This document shows positions 17,148 through 26,449 of a stretch of DNA of 64,000 nucleotides, piece after piece. The translations under genes and the position numbers were made by a program. The notes beneath the pieces were generated by a model. That model ran no database searches. It saw only the letters and a list, made by a program, of their open reading frames with translations, and was not told the origin of the DNA. Positions within the stretch are counted from its first letter, which is position 1, and each line of letters starts with the position of its first letter. The DNA is from Candidatus Doudnabacteria bacterium (GTDB taxonomy: Bacteria; Patescibacteriota; Doudnabacteria; UBA920): positions 437,646 to 501,645 of the forward strand of contig CAWINB010000001.1 of the NCBI GenBank assembly GCA_963837465.1, in the 5' to 3' direction.

Positions 17148-17984
17148 CTACCTGGCGCCTACCACAAACCTCGTCGCTACGTATGCCAAAAAGGTAATGG
17201 TGGTGATAAAAAAGCTTACCGGGTATGGGAGATAGAAAGAAAGAAATAAGCTGATCCACGTAGCGGCCAAAGCTAGGGCTACGGATATGGCTATGCCCTG
17301 GGCGGGACGCCGGGCCAGTTGCTGGGCTACGGCCGCTGGGGTAACCATCAGCGCGAATATCAAAAGAACGCCGACTACCTGCACCGCTATGGAAGTAGCG
17401 ACGGCGACCAGCAGCATAAAGGCCGCGCCTATCCAAAAAATTGATATGCCCCTGGCCTCGGCGACATCTTCATCCAAAGATGTAAACAGCAAAGGACGAT
17501 ACATAACGGCAACCGCGATCATAAGCAGCAGCCCGGCTATGGCTGTCACCACTACATCGCCGCGGCTTATGCCCAGTATTTCCCCAAACAACAGCGAGTA
17601 AGCTTCGGTGGCATAACCGGAATAGAGGCTTATAAACAGCACGCCTATGCCGAGCATAAAAGCCAGCACGGTGCCGATTTGAACGTCTCGCGTGGCCGCT
17701 TTACGCCCAAGTATGGCGATGGCAAAACCGCCGCCGCAGGTAAAAACCAAAAGTCCCACAAGCGGATTTAAACCAAACAGCACGGCGCCGGCCGCTCCGG
17801 CAAACCCGATATGGGACAGCGCGTGCGCCGCGAATGACGACCGCCGCAGGACTATAAAATAGCCGATGACTCCGGCCACAACAGCGACAACCGTTCCCGC
17901 TTCAAAAGCGTGGCGCATAAAATCATACTGCCACATTGAAGCCAGGTCGCCGATGATATTAAAACTAAAATTAATGCTGTTCAT
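17148..17984 (-). CDS. znuB: Metal (Zn/Mn) ABC transporter permease, ABC-3 (ZnuB/MntB-like)
   Basis: ABC-3 family hydrophobic profile; TAG stop; start overlaps the znuC stop. Confidence 0.75.
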   Translation of the reverse strand: MNSINFSFNIIGDLASMWQYDFMRHAFEAGTVVAVVAGVIGYFIVLRRSSFAAHALSHIGFAGAAGAVLFGLNPLVGLLVFTCGGGFAIAILGRKAATRDVQIGTVLAFMLGIGVLFISLYSGYATEAYSLLFGEILGISRGDVVVTAIAGLLLMIAVAVMYRPLLFTSLDEDVAEARGISIFWIGAAFMLLVAVATSIAVQVVGVLLIFALMVTPAAVAQQLARRPAQGIAISVALALAATWISLFLSFYLPYPVSFFITTITFLAYVATRFVVGAR

Positions 17985-18765
17985 GGTGGTGGGGCGTTTC
18001 ATCTATGCCGATTATGGCAATTCTTCCGCGGGAATCTTTTAATACTTCCACCGGGATGTCGTAAAGTTTTGTCAGCGCCTCCGAAGTTAAAACCTCGGAC
18101 GGCTTTCCGTTGGTTAAGCGGCCATTGGCCACATAAATGACCCGGTCCAGCACCGACAGGAGCGGATTAATGTTATGGGCTATCAACAAAACCGTAACGC
18201 CCCTTAAGCGCACAACATCATTAATCAGCTGGACGAAATCAGACTCCCTGCGGATATCCAAATTGGCCAAAGGCTCGTCCAAAAGCAGAAGTTCCGGCTC
18301 CCCGACCAAGCTTTCGGCCAAAAATACTCTCTGCAGCTCCCCGCCTGACAGCGCGCCCAAACGGCGGTGCGCCAGATTTTCCGCGCCCACAATTTTAAGC
18401 ACATCCATGGCTTTATCGGTGGCATCTTTCCCCATGCTTATTCCAAAACGATTTCCATTAAGTCCCAACCGTACAATTTCCAGGGCTTCTATTCCTGTTT
18501 CAGCGTCTATGGGATGCCTTTGGGGAATATAGCCGATCCTGTGGTCGCCGCGGCTGGGACTCTTGCCAAAAACAGACAAAGATCCCGTTAGCGGCCGGGT
18601 CAAGCCCAGCAAAAGCCGGAACAGAGTTGTCTTTCCGGCTCCGTTGGGGCCAAGCACCGCCACAAATTCGCCCTTTTCTATGGAGAAACGGGCGTCCTGC
18701 CAAACCATTTTATCCTTATAGCCGGCCGACAGATTATTGGCCGCGATGACAATGTCTTTGTTCAT
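17971..18765 (-). CDS. znuC: Metal ABC transporter ATP-binding protein (ZnuC-like)
   Basis: Walker A GPNGAGKTT, signature LSGGELQR, Walker B LLLLDEP. Confidence 0.8.
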   Translation of the reverse strand: MNKDIVIAANNLSAGYKDKMVWQDARFSIEKGEFVAVLGPNGAGKTTLFRLLLGLTRPLTGSLSVFGKSPSRGDHRIGYIPQRHPIDAETGIEALEIVRLGLNGNRFGISMGKDATDKAMDVLKIVGAENLAHRRLGALSGGELQRVFLAESLVGEPELLLLDEPLANLDIRRESDFVQLINDVVRLRGVTVLLIAHNINPLLSVLDRVIYVANGRLTNGKPSEVLTSEALTKLYDIPVEVLKDSRGRIAIIGIDETPHHHEQH

Positions 18766-18775
18766 TTATTATTGC

Positions 18776-19723
18776 TTATTGTCCCAGCGCTTGGGCGTTA
18801 AGCGCGTTTTGGAGGCTTATCAGTTCGGCGTTCATCCATTCCTGGAAACTTGCGTCCGGCGGCTGGATGGTTTCGGTTACGCCGATGACCGGAATCTGCT
18901 CATTTGCCGCCAGAGCTTTCATGCTCTGAGTCAGGGGCGTCACTGTTTGTTCATTATAGACCAAAACCCTTATCTTGCCACTCTTTAACTGGTTCTCAAA
19001 TTCCACCACGCTGGCCGCGGGCGGATCGTTACCCTCGGCCACGGCATCTATAAAAGCGGGCGGGGAAACAAGGTCAAGCCCCGCGGCATCTGCCAGATAG
19101 GCGAAAATAGATTCGGTGGAGGCAACTTCCACGCCGCTGTATTGTTGTTTAATGGCGGCAACGCGGCCTTGGTATCCAGCCAAGCTGGATTGCAGCGTCT
19201 TGTATCGCGCCTGGTAATAGGCGGTGTCCGCCGGATCAATGGAAATAAGATTCTGTTCCATTTGCGCTATAACTGTATTAACGTACGTGGGGCTGTACCA
19301 CATATGCGGATTGTCCCCTTCTTTTTTACCAAGCAAGTCTGCCACGTTCAGAACTTTCTGGTTTGGATTGTTGGAAGCGCTAAGCAGTTTGTCCATCCAG
19401 CTATCGTATCCAGCGCCGTTTTCTATAACATAATCGGCGCTGGAAACGGCGCGGGCGTCGCCGGCGTTGCTTTCGTATTCATGCGGATCGGCATTGGGAT
19501 CGGAAACAATGCTTAAAACCCGCGCGTGAGAACCTCCGATTTGGGAGACGAGACTTCCCCAAAAATTCTCCGCGGCCACCACTTGCAGGACTTTTCCGGA
19601 CGCAGTATCTGCGGGTGCGGGAGCGCTTGCCGTCTGGTTCTGATTGCCGCGCGACAGCAATAAACTCACTCCCACGATCACGACTACAATCGCTAAAACT
19701 GCTATCCAAATTCTTTTATTCAT
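18776..19723 (-). CDS. znuA: Metal ABC transporter substrate-binding protein (ZnuA/TroA family)
   Basis: Signal/anchor N-terminus, cluster-9 SBP-like sequence. Confidence 0.7.
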   Translation of the reverse strand: MNKRIWIAVLAIVVVIVGVSLLLSRGNQNQTASAPAPADTASGKVLQVVAAENFWGSLVSQIGGSHARVLSIVSDPNADPHEYESNAGDARAVSSADYVIENGAGYDSWMDKLLSASNNPNQKVLNVADLLGKKEGDNPHMWYSPTYVNTVIAQMEQNLISIDPADTAYYQARYKTLQSSLAGYQGRVAAIKQQYSGVEVASTESIFAYLADAAGLDLVSPPAFIDAVAEGNDPPAASVVEFENQLKSGKIRVLVYNEQTVTPLTQSMKALAANEQIPVIGVTETIQPPDASFQEWMNAELISLQNALNAQALGQ

Positions 19724-19784
19724 AAAATTCTTAAATTAATTACTTTGGAACCCGTTTTAAAAATAATTTCTTTATCAAATCATA

Positions 19785-19810
19785 AACGCAAATAATTTGC
19801 GTGTCAAATA
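19785..19810. promoter_or_regulatory. Putative Fur-family (Zur) box 1, AACGCAAATAATTTGCGTGTCAAATA, about 60 nt upstream of znuA
   Basis: 7-1-7 palindrome ACGCAAAT-A-ATTTGCGT; two related copies at 21733 and 22371. Confidence 0.55.
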
Positions 19811-19811
19811 A

Positions 19812-21071
19812 CTAATCATCCGGCGTAGAGGTGGCATTGCTTGTGCCCGTAGCGTTATTAGTTGTGGAACTCGCTGCGTCATCAGAAGTTGGTTCAGTTG
19901 TGGACGCTGGTTGGGAAGATAAATCCCGCGGCAAAACATCAACAGCACTGCTGGCCGAAGAACTGGCATCGCTGGCATTTAAAGAGCCCGGCATAGATGA
20001 GGCCGCTGGTGGGCTACCCAAGTTGGCAGAAGGCGCGGCTTGGGACACCACGGAATTAACTGTGGCGCACTTACCGGCTGCTTCCCGCAGCATATTATTG
20101 GCCGAAAACACACAGACCGGTTGGCCGGTAACGGTGTCATAAATTGTAATACCCTCGGGGTCGCCTGGCGAGCCGACTTCCAGGCGCTTGGTCCGGATAA
20201 AATCCGCAGCCAGGGTTTCGACCTTTATGATGTCCTGCTGTATGGAAATTCCCAATTGATTTAAGGCCTGCAAAACCCAGGATACATCCAATAAACTGTT
20301 AATTTTTTGGTCCAGTCCCTGAATGCCGGCCAAAGCTACCCCGGCCGGATCAATGGTGGAAATGGAACTGCTGCTGTCGCCCAGGCCAAAATCGGCGTAA
20401 AAGTCTTCGGCCACCGGCCCCATATGCACTACGTTGGAATTTTCTGTTTTATAGTTCCAGGTATAAACCGGCAGACTGTCGATTTTTGTTAAAATATCGG
20501 CCGGGCTGACTGTGGCGAAATTTTCCTTTAACTCACGGCCGGAGGCATTAGTCCAGTCGTAGCCGTCAAAATTGGCAGTTGAAGCCGGCGATTCTATGGT
20601 CGCGACATTTAAATCGTTGTCCGTAATGCCGGAAGTAAAATTAGCCGGGCCGTCCACTTCCATAGGCGCTCCCGAGTTTACATTCAGGCTGGTTTGGGCG
20701 GTAACATCTCCTCCGGAAAGCTCCGTAAAGCCAGCTATGTTGCCGGGGAGATTATTGTTATAGCTTATGGGAACAGGACCGCCTATTTCGGCGGCCGCGT
20801 CCTGGCCGGGGTCGCCTTTGTCGCCTTGTTGCCCCTTAAGCAGACCCTGTGCCACCAGCGCGTTGACTTCATCAATAACCAGACTGGTTATATAAGCACC
20901 GGTAGGATCCTCTATGACGGAAGTCGCGGGTTTTTTATTTTGCCTGGGAGCAGGAGTATTTTTTTGGGAAATTGGTTTTGGCCTTTGATTTTTGTTTTGG
21001 GCGACAACCGGTGTTAAGGGCAAAAGCAAAGTCAGCGCGGACAAGCTTACGCCCAAAAATATTCTTTTCAT
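19812..21071 (-). CDS. Secreted collagen-like / Peptidase_S74 (intramolecular chaperone, tail-fibre-type) domain protein
   Basis: Signal peptide, GDKGDPGQ collagen-like triplets, S74-like C-terminal region, Ser/Thr-rich tail. Confidence 0.5.
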   Translation of the reverse strand: MKRIFLGVSLSALTLLLPLTPVVAQNKNQRPKPISQKNTPAPRQNKKPATSVIEDPTGAYITSLVIDEVNALVAQGLLKGQQGDKGDPGQDAAAEIGGPVPISYNNNLPGNIAGFTELSGGDVTAQTSLNVNSGAPMEVDGPANFTSGITDNDLNVATIESPASTANFDGYDWTNASGRELKENFATVSPADILTKIDSLPVYTWNYKTENSNVVHMGPVAEDFYADFGLGDSSSSISTIDPAGVALAGIQGLDQKINSLLDVSWVLQALNQLGISIQQDIIKVETLAADFIRTKRLEVGSPGDPEGITIYDTVTGQPVCVFSANNMLREAAGKCATVNSVVSQAAPSANLGSPPAASSMPGSLNASDASSSASSAVDVLPRDLSSQPASTTEPTSDDAASSTTNNATGTSNATSTPDD

Positions 21072-21094
21072 AGTAAGAAAATTAATTATAAAAG

Positions 21095-21715
21095 TTATTT
21101 TTTAAATGACAAGATTCTAATTTCGGAAAACCAGCCCATCTTTTTAAGGCCAACCGGCTTAAGTCCTGCCTGTGCGGCTAAAGCCTCCACTTCTTTTTTG
21201 GTGTAATATTTTTCAAAATGATACGGTTCCGGGCAGCGGTCCCAGTTATAAAGCCTTTGTTGCCAGCGGTATTTGGGCATAATGTCCGCCACATAAAAAA
21301 TGCCGCCGACAGAAAGCACCCGCGCCGCCTGCCGGAAAACTTCCACGGGCTTTTTGTAATGGTGCAGCGACATGCACGACAAAGCCACTGCAAACCTGCC
21401 GTCCGGATATGGCAGGTGTTCGGCCAAACCGGCGGAAAAAATTCCCCAGGGGTGTTTTCTGGATGCCTGCTCAACGACCGCATCGGACATGTCAATCCCG
21501 TAAAAATCCAAAGCCGGCGAGTGGCCGTAAAACAACTCCAGCATATCGCCCTGGCCGCAGGAAATATCTATAATCGAGCCTTGTTTGGGCAATTCAAACA
21601 AAGACAAAAGTCTTTGCCGCTTACGGCGGGGAAAATATTCCCGGCAGGCCCTGACCGCGGTTAAAAGCTTGCTGATAATTTCATGTTCGGTATTTTGAAA
21701 GGCGATTTTTTCCAT
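21095..21715 (-). CDS. Class I SAM-dependent methyltransferase
   Basis: DISCGQG motif I; LPYPDGRFAVALSCMSLHH. Confidence 0.7.
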   Translation of the reverse strand: MEKIAFQNTEHEIISKLLTAVRACREYFPRRKRQRLLSLFELPKQGSIIDISCGQGDMLELFYGHSPALDFYGIDMSDAVVEQASRKHPWGIFSAGLAEHLPYPDGRFAVALSCMSLHHYKKPVEVFRQAARVLSVGGIFYVADIMPKYRWQQRLYNWDRCPEPYHFEKYYTKKEVEALAAQAGLKPVGLKKMGWFSEIRILSFKK

Positions 21716-21732
21716 TGGCGACCGATTAATGT

Positions 21733-21760
21733 CTTAATAATAATGCAACTTATTTGCGTT
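21733..21760. promoter_or_regulatory. Putative Zur box 2, AATGCAACTTATTTGCGTTTGTCAAATC, just upstream of the methyltransferase start
   Basis: Shares ATTTGCGT-TGTCAAAT with box 1. Confidence 0.45.
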
Positions 21761-21816
21761 TGTCAAATCCGCGAACTTCGCGGTTCATTTTAAAATAGGG
21801 ACGAAATTCGTCCCCG

Positions 21817-22359
21817 TTAGTGCCCGAACAGCATAAAAAATGCGTGCCAGGCGCCGTCCTCTGTACCCTTTAAAACGGGTATTATCCTCCTTTTAAACCA
21901 GCTTTTCCGATGCAGTCTGCCCACTTCATCCCATTGGCTTTCACGTCCATAGGACGTTTTAAGAGGCGTAAACACGACACCGCGTTCGTCAACGGCCAAG
22001 ACAAGGTTTGTTACCGGAAGTTCTTTGTAGTAATCCTTCCACTTCCAGTTAAAGCTAACTTCCTCATCTTTCAGCAGAACGTTCCGCCACCCTCCCTCGG
22101 CTTGCTTGAGCATGCGTTCAGCAGGAACCGAAAAGTGACGTTGGTAGAGGAAAATGATGTCGTAACCCTGCTCGGCGCAGAGAGCATCCCAGTCGTACTC
22201 TTCCTCTTTTTTTGGACGTCTTTTTAATTTGTCCGACGATGATTGATCGTCAAACTTACTCCATCCGCCGCGGTCAACAGGCGGCTGATAAACCGTCTGT
22301 GGTTGGGCCAAAAGCCCGGGCACAGACACCGACAACAACAACCTGTACAGTAACGTCAT
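21817..22359 (-). CDS. Secreted hypothetical protein (signal peptide)
   Basis: N-terminal signal sequence; start 12 nt downstream of Zur box 3; two hairpins downstream of the stop (ccgcgaacttcgcgg, gggacgaaattcgtccc). Confidence 0.5.
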   Translation of the reverse strand: MTLLYRLLLSVSVPGLLAQPQTVYQPPVDRGGWSKFDDQSSSDKLKRRPKKEEEYDWDALCAEQGYDIIFLYQRHFSVPAERMLKQAEGGWRNVLLKDEEVSFNWKWKDYYKELPVTNLVLAVDERGVVFTPLKTSYGRESQWDEVGRLHRKSWFKRRIIPVLKGTEDGAWHAFFMLFGH

Positions 22360-22370
22360 AGCAATATCTT

Positions 22371-22396
22371 AATGCAAATGATTTGCATTTATCAAG
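22371..22396. promoter_or_regulatory. Putative Zur box 3, AATGCAAATGATTTGCATTTATCAAG (perfect 9-1-9 palindrome), in the divergent promoter region
   Basis: aatgcaaat g atttgcatt is a perfect inverted repeat. Confidence 0.55.
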
Positions 22397-22427
22397 AGGC
22401 TGGAGTATAGTCAAATCAGGAGGATTA

Positions 22428-22598
22428 ATGAAGCTCAAAGATGTTTTTCTTTTGCCGATTCTGCTGGGAACAATTTTAGGGCAACCCGGAAGTCATAATT
22501 GCGGGGGGACGTGCGGCATATGCAATCCCCCAAAGAGGGAAATAAAATCCGAAGGACAAGAAGATCAGCAAAACCAAGACTATGAGGGCGGCGGCTAA
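22428..22598 (+). CDS. Small secreted Cys-rich peptide, 56 aa (…HNCGGTCGICNPP…, acidic tail)
   Basis: Strong SD AGGAGG 5-10 nt before the ATG; hydrophobic N-terminus; lies directly downstream of Zur box 3 and upstream of zur. Confidence 0.45.
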   Translation: MKLKDVFLLPILLGTILGQPGSHNCGGTCGICNPPKREIKSEGQEDQQNQDYEGGG

Positions 22599-22653
22599 GC
22601 CACGGCCGCCCTATCTTCACCCACTTGGTAATTTATGGTAGTATTTAAAAGCT

Positions 22654-23082
22654 ATGGAAAAAAACTGCAAACAGCATACATCCGAATCAAAACAACAGTT
22701 AAAAACCGGCGGCCTTAAAATAACGTCCGCCCGCCTGGGGCTTTTGGATATTCTCAAGCACGCCAAAAAGCCTCTGTCCATAAAAGACATCGCCAAAAAA
22801 ATGGCCCGGAGCAATGTGGATTTGGTCACGCTTTACAGGAATGTGGATTCGTTAAAAAATTTAGGCGCTATTAAACAAATAAATTTAAAAGACAAGCAGT
22901 CCTACTACGAGCTTGCGGGCGGCATCCACCATCACCACCTTGTCTGCACCAATTGCGGAAAAATGGCCGATGTGGAACTGCCGGAAACATCTTTAAACAA
23001 AACCGCGCTAAAAAAACACGGCTTCGCCAAAATTACGGACCACAGTTTGGAGTTTTTTGGAATTTGTTCTAAATGCAATTAA
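22654..23082 (+). CDS. zur: Fur-family transcriptional regulator (probably Zur)
   Basis: HHHH … CTNCGK … ICSKC (two CxxC pairs), Fur-family length. Confidence 0.75.
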   Translation: MEKNCKQHTSESKQQLKTGGLKITSARLGLLDILKHAKKPLSIKDIAKKMARSNVDLVTLYRNVDSLKNLGAIKQINLKDKQSYYELAGGIHHHHLVCTNCGKMADVELPETSLNKTALKKHGFAKITDHSLEFFGICSKCN

Positions 23083-23235
23083 GAAGCTGTTTTAAAAACA
23101 AATGGACAGTTTTTTGGAAACGGATAACACTGATAATTACGCATTCTATCCGTGTTATCTGTTTTAAATCCGTGTCATCTGTGTTTATGTTCTGTACAAA
23201 CCTGTCCCAAAATAAGTTCACAATTATTTTATATG

Positions 23236-23685
23236 GACAAGCTAAAAAAATTTGACTTTGCGGTTTTAAATTTTGTTAAGCGGCACGATATTTTATTCGC
23301 GCGGATGGCAATTTTTATTGTCTATTTTTGGTTTGGGGCCTTAAAACTCTTTGGGGTAAGCCCGGCGGACCCGCTGGTGGAAAACTTGCTAAAACACACT
23401 TTGCCGTTCATCAGCTTCCAGCATTTTATAATTTTGTTCGCCCTGTTTGAAATGCTCATTGGCATTCTGTTTTTAATCCCCGGCCTGGAACGCCTGGCCG
23501 CCGCTTTGCTGGTCATCCACCTTATTACAACTTTTTTGCCGCTCATACTTTTGCCCTCCGAAACCTGGCAGGCATTTTTAGTGCCGACTCTTGAAGGGCA
23601 GTATATTATTAAAAACGTTTTAATTATCGCCCTGGCTTTGGTTATAACCGCCAGGATTGATTTTATGGCCGCTAAAAAATCCTGA
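23236..23685 (+). CDS. Small integral membrane protein (4 predicted helices)
   Basis: Hydrophobic profile; ATG at 23236 within the ORF-track ORF 23152..23685. Confidence 0.45.
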   Translation, partial: DKLKKFDFAVLNFVKRHDILFARMAIFIVYFWFGALKLFGVSPADPLVENLLKHTLPFISFQHFIILFALFEMLIGILFLIPGLERLAAALLVIHLITTFLPLILLPSETWQAFLVPTLEGQYIIKNVLIIALALVITARIDFMAAKKS

Positions 23686-23688
23686 CAA

Positions 23689-24582
23689 ATGCAAAGTACT
23701 TTAAATCAAAAAGTGTCCCTTGCTAATATCCTGGGCAAAGCCCTGGGGATTTTATGGCTGATTGACGGGCTGCTGCAGCTGCAGCCAAAAATGTTCGGCG
23801 CGGATTTCATTAACAATGTGCTGGCGCCAAACCTAAGCGGCCAACCCGGGTTTATGCGCGCGTTAATTGATTTTGGCATACGCGTATTTAGTTTCAACAT
23901 CGCGACTGCCAACTGGATTGCGGCGTTGCTACAAATAGCCATTGGGGTTTTATTATTGTTTCCCATTGCGGGCAAAAAATTTAAAGCGGGTTTGTATTTA
24001 TCCATTGTCTGGGGATTAATAGTCTGGATATTTGGCGAGGGCCTGGGCAATCTTCTCACGGGTTCCGCCAGCTTTTACACCGGAGCGCCGGGTTCGGCTT
24101 TGGTTTACGCGCTCATCGCGACATTCCTTTTGATGCCGGAAAAGATTGACCGCAAATTTTTTGCCAAAATCGCGGCGGCAATATTATTTATGGGCGCGGC
24201 TTTACAGCTCCAGCTGATGTTTTGGAATTCTGATGGAACACAAACGATGTTTCAACTCTCCGCTTCCGATCCCGTACACGCGATAAACTCTTTGCCCGCT
24301 ATTATTTCCAATTCCCTATCCGCTCATCCAATTGAGTTTAACTGGCTCTTGATTATTCTGCCTCTGTTGTTAGCAATCGCGCTATGGCTCAAACCCAATA
24401 AAACAACAGCCGCCACAACCATCATCTTCCTGTTTTTTGTCTGGTGGCTGGGCCAGGATTTCGGCGGCCTCTCAACAATTTGGCTTGGAACCGCCACCGA
24501 CCCAAACACCGCCCCGCTTATAATGCTGCTTGTGCTACCTTTGTTCCTGCGGAATGATGACACTCCCCGTAAACAAGACTAA
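23689..24582 (+). CDS. Integral membrane protein of unknown function
   Basis: Multiple hydrophobic helices. Confidence 0.45.
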   Translation: MQSTLNQKVSLANILGKALGILWLIDGLLQLQPKMFGADFINNVLAPNLSGQPGFMRALIDFGIRVFSFNIATANWIAALLQIAIGVLLLFPIAGKKFKAGLYLSIVWGLIVWIFGEGLGNLLTGSASFYTGAPGSALVYALIATFLLMPEKIDRKFFAKIAAAILFMGAALQLQLMFWNSDGTQTMFQLSASDPVHAINSLPAIISNSLSAHPIEFNWLLIILPLLLAIALWLKPNKTTAATTIIFLFFVWWLGQDFGGLSTIWLGTATDPNTAPLIMLLVLPLFLRNDDTPRKQD

Positions 24583-24656
24583 AATTAGTAAAATTTACCA
24601 ATGAGTAAAATTAGGCAAGGCTTAAAATAATTTTTTCAATAATCAACTTTTCATTT

Positions 24657-24947
24657 ATGGCGTTCCAAGAAAATAAACCACAGCCCCCGCAAAGTGAACA
24701 TGGAGAAATACAAAAACAAGCTCCCGAATCGCAAGAGCAGCGGAAAGAAAGTTTAGGGGACAAAATTAAACGCTTCGCCGGACGAATAAGCGAGCGTTTC
24801 GGTCAATTTGGGCAAAGAAAGCAATCTGCTGAATCTAATTTGGGCGCTGTTGTTGAATGGGCGCGTGAAAACAACGGGTTAATTTACAAAGAGGACGGGC
24901 ATACAAAACTTGCCGGACAAACTATCAAAGAACTGTTAGGCGAATAG
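24657..24947 (+). CDS. Hypothetical hydrophilic protein
   Basis: ORF with TAG stop. Confidence 0.4.
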   Translation: MAFQENKPQPPQSEHGEIQKQAPESQEQRKESLGDKIKRFAGRISERFGQFGQRKQSAESNLGAVVEWARENNGLIYKEDGHTKLAGQTIKELLGE

Positions 24948-24976
24948 CCCAACTTTATTAACTAACAAACTTTTTT

Positions 24977-25420
24977 ATGTCAAAAAAACGATTTGCCGAA
25001 GCCGCTTTTATGGTCGGTAGTTTATTGGCTGGGGAAGCCGCTGGCCAAAATAAGCAAGCCGAAACTAAAGCACCCCAAAAAACCGAACAAACAAAAAAGG
25101 GAGAAACAGCAGTAGACCCCGAAATTAAAGCAGCCCTTGAGGAGCAGGCAATAAGATTAAAAAATCCGGAAAATGCAAAAGACCCGGGACTGGTTAAATT
25201 TATTGAGCAATCGGCTTATAAGAAAATTGCGAAAATCGTTGTTGAAAGATTGGGCAAATATAACAAACCTGGACTTTTAACAGACCAGCTACAAGCAGAC
25301 CTAAAAGTTGAAGCAAAAAAATTAGGCTTGACTTATGATATGCTCGGCAAATGTATTGAAGCAGCCGATAGCGATAAAGCTTTTTTATACTCTCTTGCTA
25401 AATTAATTCCGATTATATAA
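24977..25420 (+). CDS. Hypothetical protein whose last about 11 codons are supplied by the IS630 terminal repeat
   Basis: The ORF runs into the IS TIR (…YSLAKLIPII*). Confidence 0.4.
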   Translation: MSKKRFAEAAFMVGSLLAGEAAGQNKQAETKAPQKTEQTKKGETAVDPEIKAALEEQAIRLKNPENAKDPGLVKFIEQSAYKKIAKIVVERLGKYNKPGLLTDQLQADLKVEAKKLGLTYDMLGKCIEAADSDKAFLYSLAKLIPII

Positions 25421-25988
25421 TTTCAAAATTAAGAGTTAATAGTGTTTTAAGCTCCGCTTTGTACTGAGATATGTTTTTAAAGAAATCATGTATGGCGATT
25501 GTAAACTCCTGAAAGGTTTTGTAGTACTTGTTGGCTTTAACTTTCTTTTTCATGAATTTCCAGAGGCGTTCAATCAAGTTTAAGTTGGGAGAATACGGCG
25601 GCAGGAACAACAGCTCAATGCCCAGATGTTTCGCTTCCTCGTTGGCCTGCTTGCTATGGTTGTACTTGGCGTTATCCAGGAAAATGTATATGGTTTTAGC
25701 TTTAGGATAATCTTTTCTGACTTCCCCTAAGAATATTGTCATCATTTGCCCGTCACAGTTATCTTCGGTCGTCAAAATAGTGGGTTTAAAAGCTACGGGG
25801 TTGATAGCGCCAATAACAGTTAATCTTTCCCGGCCGCTGTTTGAAGGAACCTTTTTAGTTTCACTTTTACCTTTAAGTTGCCAGCAGTAGCTATTGTCAG
25901 CATTATGGACCAGGTGAGCGGGGTCTAAAAACAGCACGATGCCTTTGTCTTTATCAGCTTTCTTTATGGTTTTAAAGATTAATTTCAC
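25413..25988 (-). CDS. IS630-family transposase, DDE catalytic part (orfB), in a different frame from orfA
   Basis: DDE-domain-like sequence (…LFLDNAKYNHS…LPPYSPNLNLIE…). Confidence 0.7.
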   Translation of the reverse strand: MKLIFKTIKKADKDKGIVLFLDPAHLVHNADNSYCWQLKGKSETKKVPSNSGRERLTVIGAINPVAFKPTILTTEDNCDGQMMTIFLGEVRKDYPKAKTIYIFLDNAKYNHSKQANEEAKHLGIELLFLPPYSPNLNLIERLWKFMKKKVKANKYYKTFQEFTIAIHDFFKNISQYKAELKTLLTLNFEII

Positions 25989-26029
25989 AAAATCTTCCTG
26001 GGTCTCTCTGTCAGGCGCGCCGCTGGGAA

Positions 26030-26449
26030 CTATATGGGTTTTTTTGTAAGATAAATTGAGTTTTTTTTACAGCAGCGAAACAGCCAGCTTTGTTCCATCT
26101 CAATTGAATATTTTTCCTTAATCCAGGCCTGCATTTCAGCTAAAGTCGTAATAGTGTTGTCTTTTACATCTTGTTTGATTTGGTCTACATAATCATTAAT
26201 TTTTGACTTCCGTTTATCTTTAAATTGTAGCTTGCGTAGTCCCTGTAGTTTCTCGGATTGATAGATTTTTATCCAGTCTGTAATCGTATCCACGCAGACA
26301 TTAAACGCTTCCGCGATCTCCTGATGGTTTTGCCCCTGGTTCAGTAACTTTATGGCCTCCAGACGGCGCAGAACTCTGACATTTTTTTCCTGTTCCTGAA
26401 GTTGTTTAATCTTTTTAAGCTCACTGACGGACAGTTTTATTTGGTACAT
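26030..26449 (-). CDS. IS630-family transposase, N-terminal HTH part (orfA)
   Basis: HTH-rich N-terminus typical of IS630 transposases; a T8/A8 run (26046-26054) near the frame junction. Confidence 0.7.
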   Translation of the reverse strand: MYQIKLSVSELKKIKQLQEQEKNVRVLRRLEAIKLLNQGQNHQEIAEAFNVCVDTITDWIKIYQSEKLQGLRKLQFKDKRKSKINDYVDQIKQDVKDNTITTLAEMQAWIKEKYSIEMEQSWLFRCCKKNSIYLTKKPI

